Origin: the human T2T-CHM13v2.0 reference genome, Homo sapiens
NCBI RefSeq assembly: GCF_009914755.1
Contig: NC_060930.1
DNA: 64,000 nt
Strand: one strand, 5' to 3'
The notes beneath the pieces were generated by a model, which worked only from the letters and a program-made list of their open reading frames with translations, was not told the DNA's origin and did not search any database. Position 1 is the stretch's first letter; each line of letters starts with the position of its first letter. A program made the position numbers and the translations under genes. Shown piece by piece: positions 43,010 to 55,888 of the stretch.

Positions 43010-43820
43010 AGTAAAATCTCACTACCCTGATTCTCTCCGCACCTTCTACTTCTAACCTGTCTCTGAGTCTTCTTCACTTACCACCTGTATGTTTTGAATC
43101 TGTGCCCTATCTACCATCAATAGCCTGCATATATTAACATTGTCTCTCTTCTGTGTTTTGCCTATTTAGCCTCTGTCTCCCACACACACTCTTGTCCCCT
43201 CTAATTCATTCTCACCCTTGCAAGTAGAGGAATATTTATAAAATTCAAGTCACGTCTTGCTGCACCCACCTGCTGGGTGTGTGGAATGATTCTGGGACTA
43301 CTTCACAGGAAAAAACGAATATCCTTGAGAGAGGCTACAGGGCTCTACACCATCAGTCCTGCCACCCTCTCTGAGTCTCGCCATGTGTGAGTCTCTGTGT
43401 CTGCTTGCCACATGGACCTACATTCCGTCCCTTGAAGGTAGACACCATGCTTCTTCCTCTATAGGGACTTTGCACATGCAATTGTTTCTTCTACCTAGAG
43501 CATTCTTCCCACCCAACCCAGCTTCTCTTGGCCAGCTCCTTCATTTTTCACATCAATAGTCACTTCAAACATTGCCTTGTCTGGCCACCCAGACCTAATC
43601 TAGGGCCTCTTTATGTGTTCCACTGGAAATATGAACAGGACTTTTATGATTCTTATCACAGAGTACAAAGAAATATGCATTTATTTTAATAGGGTGTGTG
43701 TGCTGGACCACGGTGGGTTTCACAGGGTAGGAATTCTGTTTATTCACTGCAGTATCCACAACCATTTGCACAGCAATTAGCACACAGGTGTGCAATAGTT
43801 ACTTGCTTAAAAAATGAGTA
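43010..43820 (+). mobile_element. L2 LINE 3' region
   Basis: AGGGACTTTGCACATGC..TTTCTTCTACCTAGA; TTATTCACTGCAGTATCC. Confidence 0.65.
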
Positions 43821-44406
43821 ACTCTACTACAATGAAATGGGTGATTATTAAATCTAGGCTGAAGTGAAATTTATATTTTCAAAGAAAAGTCTGCCATAAA
43901 AAAAAAAATGTAACCGTAACAGTGGTCCATTTTAAATGGCTTTTAAAGAGATTTAGAATACATGGTTTGGAAATGCACTTAATAAAAAATATGTCTTATC
44001 ATTAGAGAGTCACATATCTTATATATTTGGTTAGGCACTTCCACTTCCCAGCTGTGCAAATAATTATCTTTCTGCATCTGCTTCCTGCTCTACCTGCTCT
44101 AAATATGTCTCCGGCTTGTTGTAAAGAGAAAGCAAGTGGGGTGGGGTGTGAACTATAAAACACTGTATGTACAGTTTAACTATTTAAGTATGCCATGCAG
44201 ATTCTTTGTTAGCCATTGACTTGATTTTTACAACACCCTTGAAAATAATTTCTGAAATGTCTCTAACATGTTCTACATTTTAGATTTTCCACTAATTAAT
44301 ACTGACTTTTCTTTTAAGTAGTCTAAATTATCATGTATTTTTAGATATCTTATGCATTTGTTTCATAAACTAACATTTGTTTTGAGGACATTACCTGCAA
44401 TGCATG

Positions 44407-44711
44407 TTTTTTTTTTTTTTTTTTTTTTTTGAGATGGGGTCTCGCTCTTTCACCAGGCTGGAGTATAGTGGCTCAATCTCAGCTCATTGCAACCTCCGCC
44501 TCTCAGGTTCAAGCAATTCTCCTGCCTCAGCCTCCTGAGTAGCTGGGACTATACAGGCACGCACAACCATGCCCAGCTAATTTTTGTTTTTTTAGTAGAG
44601 ATGAGGTTTCATCATGTTGGCCAGGATGGTCTCGATCTCTTGACCTCGTGATCTGCCCGCCTTAGCCTCCCAAAGTGCTGGGATTACAGTTGTGAGCCAC
44701 CACACCCGGCC
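44407..44711 (-). mobile_element. AluSc
   Basis: GGATGGTCTCGATCTCTTGACCTCGTGATC; TSD AATGCATG. Confidence 0.94.
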
Positions 44712-45101
44712 AATGCATGCTTTTAAATTTAGAAGTTTCACCTCATCCTGAAGAAGAGCTCATATGAATATGATTACAAGAAAATAACATTTAGATTGAG
44801 CCTTTATTTTTTCTGATGTCATGCAAAATCCGTAACTATACTTTTTAGCTCTTTCTCTTAGCCAAAGGGTAGTCAATTATGTTAGTAGATGAGAGGATAT
44901 TATTCAACTAAGTGCAATGACCATTTTAATAATATTTATATTCACCTGAAATGTTGATCAGACTTTTACCTAGGTTGCTATATTCTCATTTTATATACAT
45001 AGGTCTGGCATATAGACATTTTCATATCTACCTCTAACTACAAGGAATATGTATATACTTTTTTAAAAACTGAAATTCTTTTGAAACCCTTCTTCTAATT
45101 C

Positions 45102-45531
45102 TGTCTCAGTCAGTTGTGTTGCTATAAAGGAATACCTGAGGTTGGATAATTTTTAAAGAAAAAAGATTTATTTGGCTCATGCTTCTGCAGGCTGTACAAG
45201 AAACATGGTGTCAGCATCTACTTCTGGTGAGGGCCTCAGGAAGCTTCCACTCATAGTGGAAGGTGAAAGGGAGTGGACATCACATGGTGAGAGAGGAAGC
45301 AAGAGAGAGAGGAGGAGGTGCCAGACTCTTCAACAACCAGCTCTCAGGGGAGCTCTCAAGGACACTAAGAGTGAGAACTCACTCACTCCCTTGAAAATGG
45401 CACCAAGCCATTCATGAGGGATCCATCCCTATGATCCAAATACCTCCCATCAGGCCCCACCTTCAACACTGGGGATCAGATTTCAAAAAGAGACTTGGTA
45501 GGACCAAACAAACCATATCCAAAGGGTAGCA
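45102..45531 (-). mobile_element. MSTB solo LTR
   Basis: TGTCTCAGTCAGTTGTGTTGCTATAAAGGAATACCTGAGG...AAACAAACCATATCCAAA..TAGCA. Confidence 0.9.
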
Positions 45532-45673
45532 CTATCCATGCCATGCCATTATTTTATATACAAATCTGGAGAAGAAGCATTTGAAATGCAATTGTCAAAC
45601 CTATATTTGATAAATTAATCTTTATTTACAGCAATAAGTATTGTCTTACATCTGTATTAATATAAAATAGTCG

Positions 45674-45723
45674 TATATATACATACATATATATGTATAT
45701 ATATATATGTATATATATATATG

Positions 45724-45797
<74 letters not shown>
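45674..45797. repeat. (TA/TG)n-(CA)n microsatellite
   Basis: Seen directly. Confidence 0.95.
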
Positions 45798-45798
<1 letters not shown>

Positions 45799-46550
45799 CA
45801 ATTCCCCCCAACCCCCAAGGGCATATTTTCAAACTGGGCATCAACCAACCAATTTTACAGGTATTTTTCACTGAATTCAGTCTATGTTTTGGACTAAAGT
45901 TTATGGTCCAAATTATGTAATGATAAATTAGATAAGTCTAACCATTATCTTTACCTCTCAGATGGTCTGGAATAATGGCAGCTCAATAAATCCTTTCCCT
46001 GAAATACAGAGAGGTAGATACTTGTCTTGCTTAGTACACCAATTTCCATGTTTTACCTTCAATTATAATAATTAAAGTGATTAAAGGGTTTTTATTATTG
46101 ACATGAATCATGTGAGTCATCTTTTCCCAATGTCAACAATATTCTTGAACGAAATATATGACTAATGACTGGATTTCAGCTGTAACATGTAATATTATCA
46201 TGTATTAAAAATCTAATATGATAATTTATGTATTTTATAATAAATAATGTATATATTTACATATTTTGTAATTTGTATGTATGTAATTAATTTATGGCAC
46301 ACTTTAGTCAATGATAGCATTTAAATCTGAGTCCATTTCAATTTGAGTTGCACTACCAGCAGATTTCCAGCCTACATTTTATATTTGAAATGTATTTGCT
46401 TTACTTCAAATTAGGTGTATTTCTTGTTTTGTTAAGATACTGAGTTCAAATTTATCTCTTTTAAATGACACTGTATTGACCTTTGCACATTGTCTGTTGT
46501 AAATGTGTAATTTTATGTGTCAATACAGTATCATTTGCAAATCAGAAAAA

Positions 46551-46782
46551 GAATCTGGCACCTCCTCCTCTCTCTCTTGCTTCCTCTCTTGCCAGGTGAT
46601 GCCTACTCCCCTTCACCTTCTGCTGTTAGTGGAAGCTTAGCTTCCTGAGGCCCTCACCAGAAGTAGATGCTGGCACCATGTTTCTTGTACAGCCTGCAGG
46701 GGCACCAGCCAAATAAATCCCTTTTTTAAATAAATTATTCAGCCTCAGGTATTCCTTTATAGCAATATAACTGATTGAGACA
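46551..46782 (+). mobile_element. Partial MSTB (3' half), inverted relative to 45102-45330
   Basis: Ends CAGGTATTCCTTTATAGCAATATAACTGATTGAGACA; 5' half absent. Confidence 0.88.
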
Positions 46783-47948
46783 GAATCATTGCAATATCAT
46801 TTGCAACATCATTGCAAATTCTATTAAAGAATCCATTAAATATTGTGATTTAGTGAAAGCTACTTAGTAAAAAGGTTATGTTCTATTTATTTGTAGTATC
46901 CCTAAGGTGAAACCTGTAGGCTTCTTAGACATACCATTGAAGGCTACTGAAATTATTGAATTCAATATTATAGTATCTGCTAGTGCAGGCCAATATGCGT
47001 AGGTCAATACCCAATCATGATGGTTAATTTCATGAGAATATTGTTGCAGAATGTTGGGTTTGAGGGAACCTCCCATGTTCACTGAGGTTAAAATACATCC
47101 AAACTCATCCAACATAATTTCCTAACATGCCAAGAGTGATTGGGAAAGGAATACATTTTTGGGACAGATTAAAATAAAAAAAGTGATAAAACATGAAAAC
47201 AAATAGGGCCTAAAATCAGCTAATTAATTCAAAAGTGATCAGAGAATAAAAGTTCTGCAAATAAAGGTTAGAATGGAACTCAAAGGAAGCAAGTAATGCT
47301 CACCTTCCCTAGAGAGCTCTAATAAGAATGTCACATTAGGTCATGACCATCTTCTCCTTATCATGCTGCTGTTCTCTGGCTCTGTTTTGATATTACTGCT
47401 GGTTGCAAAGTGCTTTATAGTATTTAGAAATAATCAGACCCTTCTTACTACAAAAAACCTCAGTTCTCTTTATTACCTAGATGTATTGTGTAGGCAACTG
47501 CCCTTTGGTATTCATTTTGAAGGTTTAGAATGACCCTTTCAGAAGATGTTAATTACATATTTTGTTAGGGCTAAGTATGGTCTCTAAGAGGTAGCTTCTT
47601 CTTTCTTTATACAAATATTATTTGTATCCTGAGATTTATATCAAACTTTTACCTAATTACCAGATTTTAATATTCTTATTGACCATATTGGAGATAATTC
47701 AGAGAACATTTTGTTTTTTTTACAAGTAGTTACTGAAAGAAAAGAGAAAATAACTTTATATTGATTTTTTCATATGATTATAGATTAATCCTCAGGCAAT
47801 ATAATTAATATCATAATTCTTCCCATCTTTTAAATGAAGAGTTTACAAAACATATAGTATTTGTTAACACTTAATATTTACTATGTGCCTGGTGCCATTC
47901 TATGTGCTTTTACATATATTACCTCATTTCATCTTTACAATAGCTCTC

Positions 47949-48497
47949 TGTATTAGTCAGCTTGGAATGTTATAATAAAATACCACAGACTGGCTGGCTT
48001 AAACAACAGAAATTTATTTTCTCAAGGTTCTGGAGGCTGGAAGTCCAAGATGAGAGTGTTACATGGTTAGTCTGGTGAGGGCCCTCTTTCTCTCTTACCA
48101 GTAACTGTCTTCTCACTATGTGCTCATAAGACCTCTTCTTTGTGTATGACGAGAGAGAGAGAGACAGACAGACAGACAGAGAGACAGAGACAGAGACACA
48201 CAGAGAGAGACAGAGACAGTCAGAGAGAGGGAGAGAGGGAGGGAGAAAGAGGGAGAAAAGATGAGAGAGAGGGAAAAAGACATGTCGGGAGGAAGCCAGG
48301 GAGGGAGGGAGAAGGAGAGAGTGTGCAGGAATGAGCACAAGTGCTTTCTGGAGTCTCTTCTTATAATGATACTAATCCTATCAGATCAGGGACCCACCAT
48401 TATGGCTTTATTTAACCTTACTTCCTTAGAGGCCCCATTTCAAATACAGCCACACAAAGGGTTGGAGCTTCAACGTACACACCTTCAGTTCATAACA
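47949..48497 (-). mobile_element. MLT1B-type LTR with internal GA-rich expansion (48148-48320), inserted into a MIR
   Basis: TGTATTAGTCAGCTTGG..AATACCACAGACTGG...CAGTTCATAACA; MIR text on both sides (~47860-47948, ~48498-48625). Confidence 0.85.
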
Positions 48498-48874
48498 CCC
48501 TCCAAGCTAAGTTCTAATCATTCCCAGTTTACAGAAGAGGCAATTGAGACACTGAGGGTTTGGTGATTTGCTGGATGTTACCCACTAGCAAGCTTTAGGG
48601 CTAGGATTCATACCCCGGCTGTCTCACTCAGGTCTCTCTCTGCCCTTAACTGCATTAGCCAGAGATCACAGAGAAAAGGCAAAAAGAGTAGAGATATTTT
48701 ATGATATGGATAAGAGATGAGAAAGGGAACTTAAAAGATTCACATTTTCTACTTAAAAGCAAAGTTACAAAGCCTGTGGAATTGCTCTGACTTAGAAAGA
48801 ACTTGATCATGCTTTTGGAGTCTCTATGTGTTCTCTCTCTGTTGGTTAGTTTTAAATCAGCCTGCCTCACAAGG

Positions 48875-49012
48875 GAGCCTGCATTTGATTCCCAAGCGCA
48901 CCTCACATTTACTGAATCAAAGTCTCTGGGAAGGTGGCAGTCTGAGACTGTGCATTTTTAAAGAGTTCTCCAAATAATTTGTATGTATTCTAAGGTTTAA
49001 AATTCACAGCTC
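48875..49012. mobile_element. MER5-like hAT MITE fragment
   Basis: TACTGAATCAAAGTCTCTGGG...TGCATTTTTAAAGAGTTCTCCA. Confidence 0.55.
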
Positions 49013-50182
49013 CTCGAAGAGGTGTCCAGCTCAGGTTAGGAGATATAATTGGAGGTGATACAATTATGTTTGGGTCAAGCACTGGGCCATGTGTAAGCTC
49101 TTGCTCAATGCAAAAATCTGATATGCACCAAATCCTTTAAAAACAGCTCTCCAAGGAAAATTTAGGTAACCTATTCATACTGCTGGCATGTGCTCCTCCT
49201 GTTTCCACCCTCGTTTATTTTGGATATTTTTCCAGTCCTGGAAATCATCTTCCATTTTGGCACCATTTCTTGATTGCCATCTTGATAGGACTTTTGTTTG
49301 CCCACTCCCCCACAACAACCATTCCTGTCTCCCACTCACTTTACCACCCAACTCCCTTTCTTGTCTATTCCTGGATGCAGGACACCACATAGTACTTTCT
49401 AACTTTGATATTGCCTATGACCTAGAGAGTGGTAAGTCATCCATGTGACTTGGTTTGAGAGGCACTGACAGGCTGAGTGACTCAACGTTGTTTCAAAGTC
49501 TAGTTCCTATGGTGTGTTGCTCAGGTGCAATTTACATCGTATGGAGCACTTACTCCAAGATATACACGAGAGAAAATTCTACAATTGGTTTTGATTGGGA
49601 AATACTTCAAATTGATCTATAAGTTGTAGATAAACAAGTTCTTCAGGGCAGGATGTGAAAAGCACATGCACGAATTCTCTTGTGTGTCTCCGTGTATGTA
49701 AGATTTGGTAAAAGTTTAGAGCTGTATATTTTTCACATTTTCCTAAATGTTTATTAAATAAACATTTAATAGACACTTGTCATAGTAAAAGTTCTGAAAA
49801 GAGAAAAACTAATTCTATGTATTTCAACACATCAACCTCCAAATTTATTTGATCACAGAACCCATATTTTCTGCATAGGTGTTTTGATTTTCTGAGGACC
49901 TAATGTTTTATGCACTAGTGTATTGGTTCATTTCTTGAGGCTTAATTTCCCAAAGCTCTTTTTAAAAACACAAAACACTTACCTGGGGCAGAGAGTATGG
50001 ATGATCTCTGAACACTTCTAGAAAATTTTACAACTGAGATTTGAAAAGATAAGGATGTAGAGAGTGCAGGACAAAGATAAGTTAATCTAGGGCACATGCA
50101 CTTTGAGATAAGAGGGTATCATGAAAGAATTTTAATGGAAATTTTGGGTATAACTGGGGTGATTAGGGATGTTCTGAGTTAA

Positions 50183-50498
<316 letters not shown>

Positions 50499-50661
50499 TC
50501 CAGTATACTTTGGAGGGAACATGAATGTAAGATGCAGAAGAACGAAGAAGATGATGAAAGAAAAGGTGGATATGAAGGTGGGAGATTTGAAAGCAGATTT
50601 TATGCCCTTCACAGATTTTTAGATGCCAAACCTGTCAAGAAGTTTGAGAATTGAGATGTAG

Positions 50662-50753
50662 ATATATATGTGTGTGTGTGTGTGTGTATCTCTATGTATC
50701 TATCTTATCTATGTATCTATGTATCTATCTATGTATCTGTGTATCTATGTATC

Positions 50754-50784
<31 letters not shown>

Positions 50785-50830
50785 CCTACCTACCTACCTA
50801 TCTGTCATCTACCTACCTACCTACCTACCT
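50662..50830. repeat. Compound STR (TG)n-(TATC/TATG)n-(TACC)n
   Basis: Seen directly. Confidence 0.92.
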
Positions 50831-51814
50831 CTCTCTGTATCAAGAGAACTTTACATTTCTAAAACTAATTATCTCAGGTCTCTAAAGTTAAGACCTGATG
50901 TCAATGTCAAAAGTCAGTCCTCTTCAAAACATTTTAAATTTGTGATGTTCCTGAACAACAGAAGGCTTAACATCCTGTTGTGTGTGAAGATAGGCGCACC
51001 ACCATAAATTAGAACATGTGGAGCTTTTGTTTTTCCTTTGACTTTCAAGTCCATCATTTTTATTAGTGTTCTTAGAACCCCTTTCTCTGAAGACAGACTT
51101 TGCAACTTTCTCTAAAGTTTTTAAAGAGACAACCACTTTGATAAATTGAAGGAAAGCAAGAACAGAGAGCTTGGATTTTATCTGTTTTTTTTTTTATTTT
51201 TCCATTAGCATAAATATAACATACAAGGAAAATTCATGTGTGCCTTAGGTCATGACTGTAATGCTTGCATCTTCTCTAGGAAGAAGCCGTTTTTTTGAAG
51301 TTGGTATAAAAGTATGTGTCAAGAACACTACCTTGAATTTTACCTTGAAGTCATAAGCCATCCACAGAATGTGTACGTTTAGGCAAAAATGCTCATTAAA
51401 TAAACTTACATTCTGTCTAAAAGTTTGTTGTAAAACTTATCAATTGAAATTTCTCAATATTTGCAACTATGTCGTAGCAATGTATAGCCACATATGAAGG
51501 GCCAGGTGTAACCTGCATTTTCAGTTTGGCACATTGCCCTTCTGTGATATTCTGCTCTTGGGCCTTTCCTTTTCCGCTTGTATTCCTTTTCTACATCCCT
51601 TCCTATGTCCCCATACTGTCACTCTGTTCATCAAAGCCTGCCTTCAGGAGAGGAGCTCACAGACGAATTCATAATAAGTATTAATAACTGATAAGGCTGA
51701 ACACATTACAGGAAGATTTCATTATATTTTATTAATGTTAATCCCTAATACCAAGTGAATTAAGTTCTCTTTGTAAAATTTTATCCGCCAGCAATGTTTA
51801 GGAAAAGTAAACTG

Positions 51815-53184
51815 CAGTGGTTTGTGGAGCCGCTGGACCAGCTTACAGGAGCTAATTGTTAAAATTTTAGGAATTTTTGTAAGCTGGGAGTTAAACATAG
51901 CCACCGTTGTTAAATATGAAATTATATAAACTTGTAATTAAGTAGATCATATTGAAAACGATTATACTCAAAAATTATGTCCTTATTATATGACTATATT
52001 TTAATACTATCCATGCTCTTGAGTACATTCTTGTTTATTGTATTTGTGGGATATATAATTGCATATTTCATCCCTACTCCACTCCAGAGACATATTGTTA
52101 GCTTGAAATTAGTCATAGTAGATGTATTTACATTATGGAAATTACCAAATATTACAAATAGGGGTATGTTTTATCGTTTTGCTGATTGGCAAGACTTGAG
52201 ATAGTACTGGAGAACATGTTGTTAATAATGCAGATTAAACTTAAAAGTACAACATAGCTATATGCTTTACATTGTTTAATATCACAAAAATTGAGGAAAT
52301 ACTCTCTTAGTATTTGAAAAGTATTATCCAGTTTAGCATAAAATGTCACTGTTAACATTCTGACACATATTTCCTTCATTTCACTCTGTTAGTGTTATTT
52401 AAGGTAAGAGAAAATATCAACCGCATGGCAGAAATGCCCTTTTCATCAATTGCAACCAGGTTGGTGGCTACTGTGTTGGTTAATTTTATGTGTCAAAAAA
52501 GCTAGTCCATGGCACCCAGGTATTTGAGCAGACATTATTCTAGATATTTCTGTTAAGGTGTTTTTATGAGATTAATATTTAAATCACTGGACTGAGTAAA
52601 TCAGATTACCCTTCATTCTGTGAGTGGGCCTCATCCAATCAGTTGAAGGCCTTACTAGAGAAAGACTGGCCTTCCTTATAATGCCTGCATCCTCTTTAGG
52701 CAAATGTAGTTTTTTGAATAAGTGTAATTCACTATATATCTCATTAGACATAATGAGATATAAAAGTATGTATCAAGAATGCTTCCTTGAATTTTAGCTT
52801 AAAATCACAAACCGTGTTTACTTCTAGGTAAAAACTCTAAGTAAATACATTTGCATTCTATCTAAAAGTTTATTGTAAAATTGAGCAATTGAAATTCTGC
52901 CAGCTGACTGACTCTTCTTTCTCTCTCTCTGTCTCTCTGTCTCTCTCTCTCTCTCAGAGATATTTATGTGTATCCTGTTGGTTATGTTTCTCTGGAGAAC
53001 CCTGACTTAATACGAACTTGGCAAAAACCAACATAAGAATTATGTGCAAATGAATTGGCTTTAGGGAATTTGTAATAAACAATATTGTATGTTTTATAAT
53101 TATTTGTGAATTGTGTGCTGTACATTCTTTATATCAGTAACATATATCATAAACATATATATACATATGCACATTTTTCTTCTA
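51815..53184 (+). mobile_element. MER63-type hAT (Blackjack family) DNA transposon, split by MLT2; 3' terminus missing
   Basis: CAGTGGT..GGAGCCGCT..ACCAGCT..GAGCTAATTGTTAAAATTTTAGGAATTTTTG start; resumes AACTTGGCAAAAA at ~53015. Confidence 0.7.
52472..53014 (+). mobile_element. MLT2-type LTR (internally deleted; foreign insert at 52679-52896)
   Basis: TGTGTTGGTTAATTTTATGTGTCAA start; TTTCTCTGGAGAACCCTGACTTAATAC end. Confidence 0.85.
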
Positions 53185-54384
53185 CAGGGCAGGATGTGAA
53201 AAGCAAGTGCATGGTTTCTTTTGTTTGTGTACGTAAGATTTGAGAAAAGTTTAGAGCTGTTTATTTTTCACATTTTCCCAAATGTTTATTAAATATATTT
53301 AATATAGACAAAGAAAAACTGCATATATTATTCTTAACATTAATTGAAAGACAGAAAATAAATTTTTATTTTCTAAATATAGAACAGTTACTATTAACTG
53401 CAATGTATCTTTTGAAGTGAAATTCCAAAAGTAATTAGCTGTTGTTTAATAAATATAATATTTTCACAAACAGTGCCATTGGGATAGTTCTACTGCAAAG
53501 GCAAGGTTCATGTGTGAATAACTGCAGGTGTTCAGTTTTCAAAGCCTCTGAAAACCCTTGAACATTGAAACCTACATGGTGTGTTATCTCCTTAAAGGAG
53601 ATATAGTTTGAGTGGATTCCATGGTTATTTGAAGTGTGTAGTTTTATAATGCCCCAGCATTTGAAATTCAAGATTTAATAATCTCTCACCTACCAAATCA
53701 TCAAATGGCCTTTCATAACAGGATGCTGTACCATTCATTTCAATGGCAGCCATGGGATAATATGTTCTGAAGCCATGATATTGATAAAGAGCCTGGCTAC
53801 CATGAGGAAAAAGAAAAAGAAAGATTCTGCTTGGACTTAATATGTTTTTGCTCTTTCAAAAGGCAGGATAATGTTAACTTTAATTTATTCAGTTATGCAT
53901 TTTTCAACTTGCAGCATTAAAGAATGTAGAAAATAGAGTAAAAGAAACAGATATGCAAAAGAGTAGAAGGCCCTTTGTATGAAAAGTGCCTCCTTAGTGT
54001 TCAGTTATTGATTTTTTTTCATGACTTGGCTTTGCAATGAATATGATGGAAAGACAAAATCAATATGAAATAAAATTTATGTAAGTACTGTTCCATGCGA
54101 TGCAGATTTTATACATTTCTGGAGTATAAGTTTGTTCTTGCAAAGTGGTTTTAAAAGAAGTACATGAAATCAGTGGCAGTAACAACGCTGGCAAAATAAG
54201 CACTTTATTTCTAGAATGCTGGTAATGGAGTCCTGGTTTCTAATTGGTACTTTATAGCACTGACAGATTTTAAATTGGGCTGATTTTTGGTGCACACTCC
54301 TTTATGCCTGGATTTTAAACTCATACTTAGATTTAGTGCTACTTGCTATTTGTATGTGGCAATATGAACAAAATATTTTCATTA

Positions 54385-54525
54385 CTATTTCATTTTCAGA
54401 AGCACAAAAACCTAGGATGCGGAGAGGTTAAATAGCTCCCACCCTTCCATATTTTCCATGTGAGAAATCTAGTATAGAATGATAAATGTCAGGTCTGAAA
54501 CTAAGGTTTCTTAATTCTCAGTTTC
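54385..54525 (-). mobile_element. MIR fragment
   Basis: CATTTTCAGAAG...AGAGGTTAAATAGCT. Confidence 0.4.
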
Positions 54526-55760
54526 ACCCCAGCCACCCAGTCCACACCATCATTGTTTTGTCCACTATATCACAGCCAAGATTAGGAGAATAATTTAGCT
54601 TCTTCAAGTCTCCATATAATACCTACATTCACATTTTGGCTACATCTGTTCAATTGTGACAACTTCAGATAGGACCAAAAATTTTGACTTCATTGGCCCT
54701 CTGCATCTATCAAGATGATTGTAATGGACAAAAACAAGAAATGAATCATATCTGCATCATTACTCAAAGAATTATCTTCATAAGTCAAAAAGTGTGCTAG
54801 TATCATTGCAAAAGATGTCAGACAAGAATACGTGCATACAGACACATGCCCGCACACACATAAGGATGTTGTTTGTAATCTAAGAGCACTTTGGTTCTTT
54901 TCCACTCCTGTTCACCAGGAATTGGGATATGACTGTGGGGTGGAGTGGCAAAATTAAATGAATAAGCCCTGATGAATTATTCTGTTGTAATAGTATTTTC
55001 TCACAGTGGACAATGGAAATAAGAGTGGAATATCAAGGCAGAGGGAAAATTCACAAATTACTGTCCTAAATGGAGAAATGAGAGAACGCAATAGTGAATC
55101 TTAAAGAGGAAATCACAGCAACACAGGAACTTTTAAAAGTCAGCCAGTTTGTTTGCCCATCTGAAAGGCAGTCCCTTCTCAGATATCCAAGTGAAATTCT
55201 GCCTTTAGAGACAGGCTTTTTCCGTTGTCGAACAATTATAATTTATAAACTATATGTTAAAGCAAAACTCTGCCTTACTATAGCTTAAACTAAATTCTGT
55301 GATTCTGGAATAATTTTCTGGCTCTGGAAATAATCAGCAAATGATTTGTGCATTAATTTATTCATTCCCTCAGTCATAGAGTAAATATTTAACGAGTACC
55401 TATAACGTATTAGGCATTGTGCCAGATGTTCAATGTATCTAACTCTTTCTTCTTCCATATGAAATTCCTTCAAATATTGGAAGTCCTGTAGTCCTGAAGT
55501 TGTTTTAGCGTTCATTACTCAGAGGGCGTAATTCTGTGTTTTTCACTGTTCTGGTCTCTCTCTTCTACTTGCATTCAACTGTCAAATGGAAAGAAGATGA
55601 CCATTGGAGATATTTAATTAAAGGAAAAGCATTTCTTATTTCATTAATTATGATATGGCTTCAGGAGAACATATAGTGTACATCACTTATGAGAAACTCA
55701 AAAACTGGTGTTAGCACTTTGTGACCACCATTCTATTATTTTGTGTTTTAAAAATTTGCC

Positions 55761-55888
55761 GCTACTCAGGAGGCTGAGGCAGGAGAATGGCATGAACCAA
55801 GGAGGCGGAGCTTGCAGTGAGCTGAGATTGCACCACTGCACTCCAGCCCGGGCAACAGAGTGAGACTCTGTCTCCAAAAAAAAAAAAA
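55761..55888 (+). mobile_element. 5'-truncated AluY-like right monomer
   Basis: GCTACTCAGGAGG...GAGAATGGCATGAACC..GGAGCTTGCAG..poly-A; imperfect TSD AAAAAT(TT)GCC. Confidence 0.9.

Noticed and set aside
50662-50830. Possible named forensic TATC STR
   Set aside because: Highly interrupted, and I do not recognise the flanks as any named marker.
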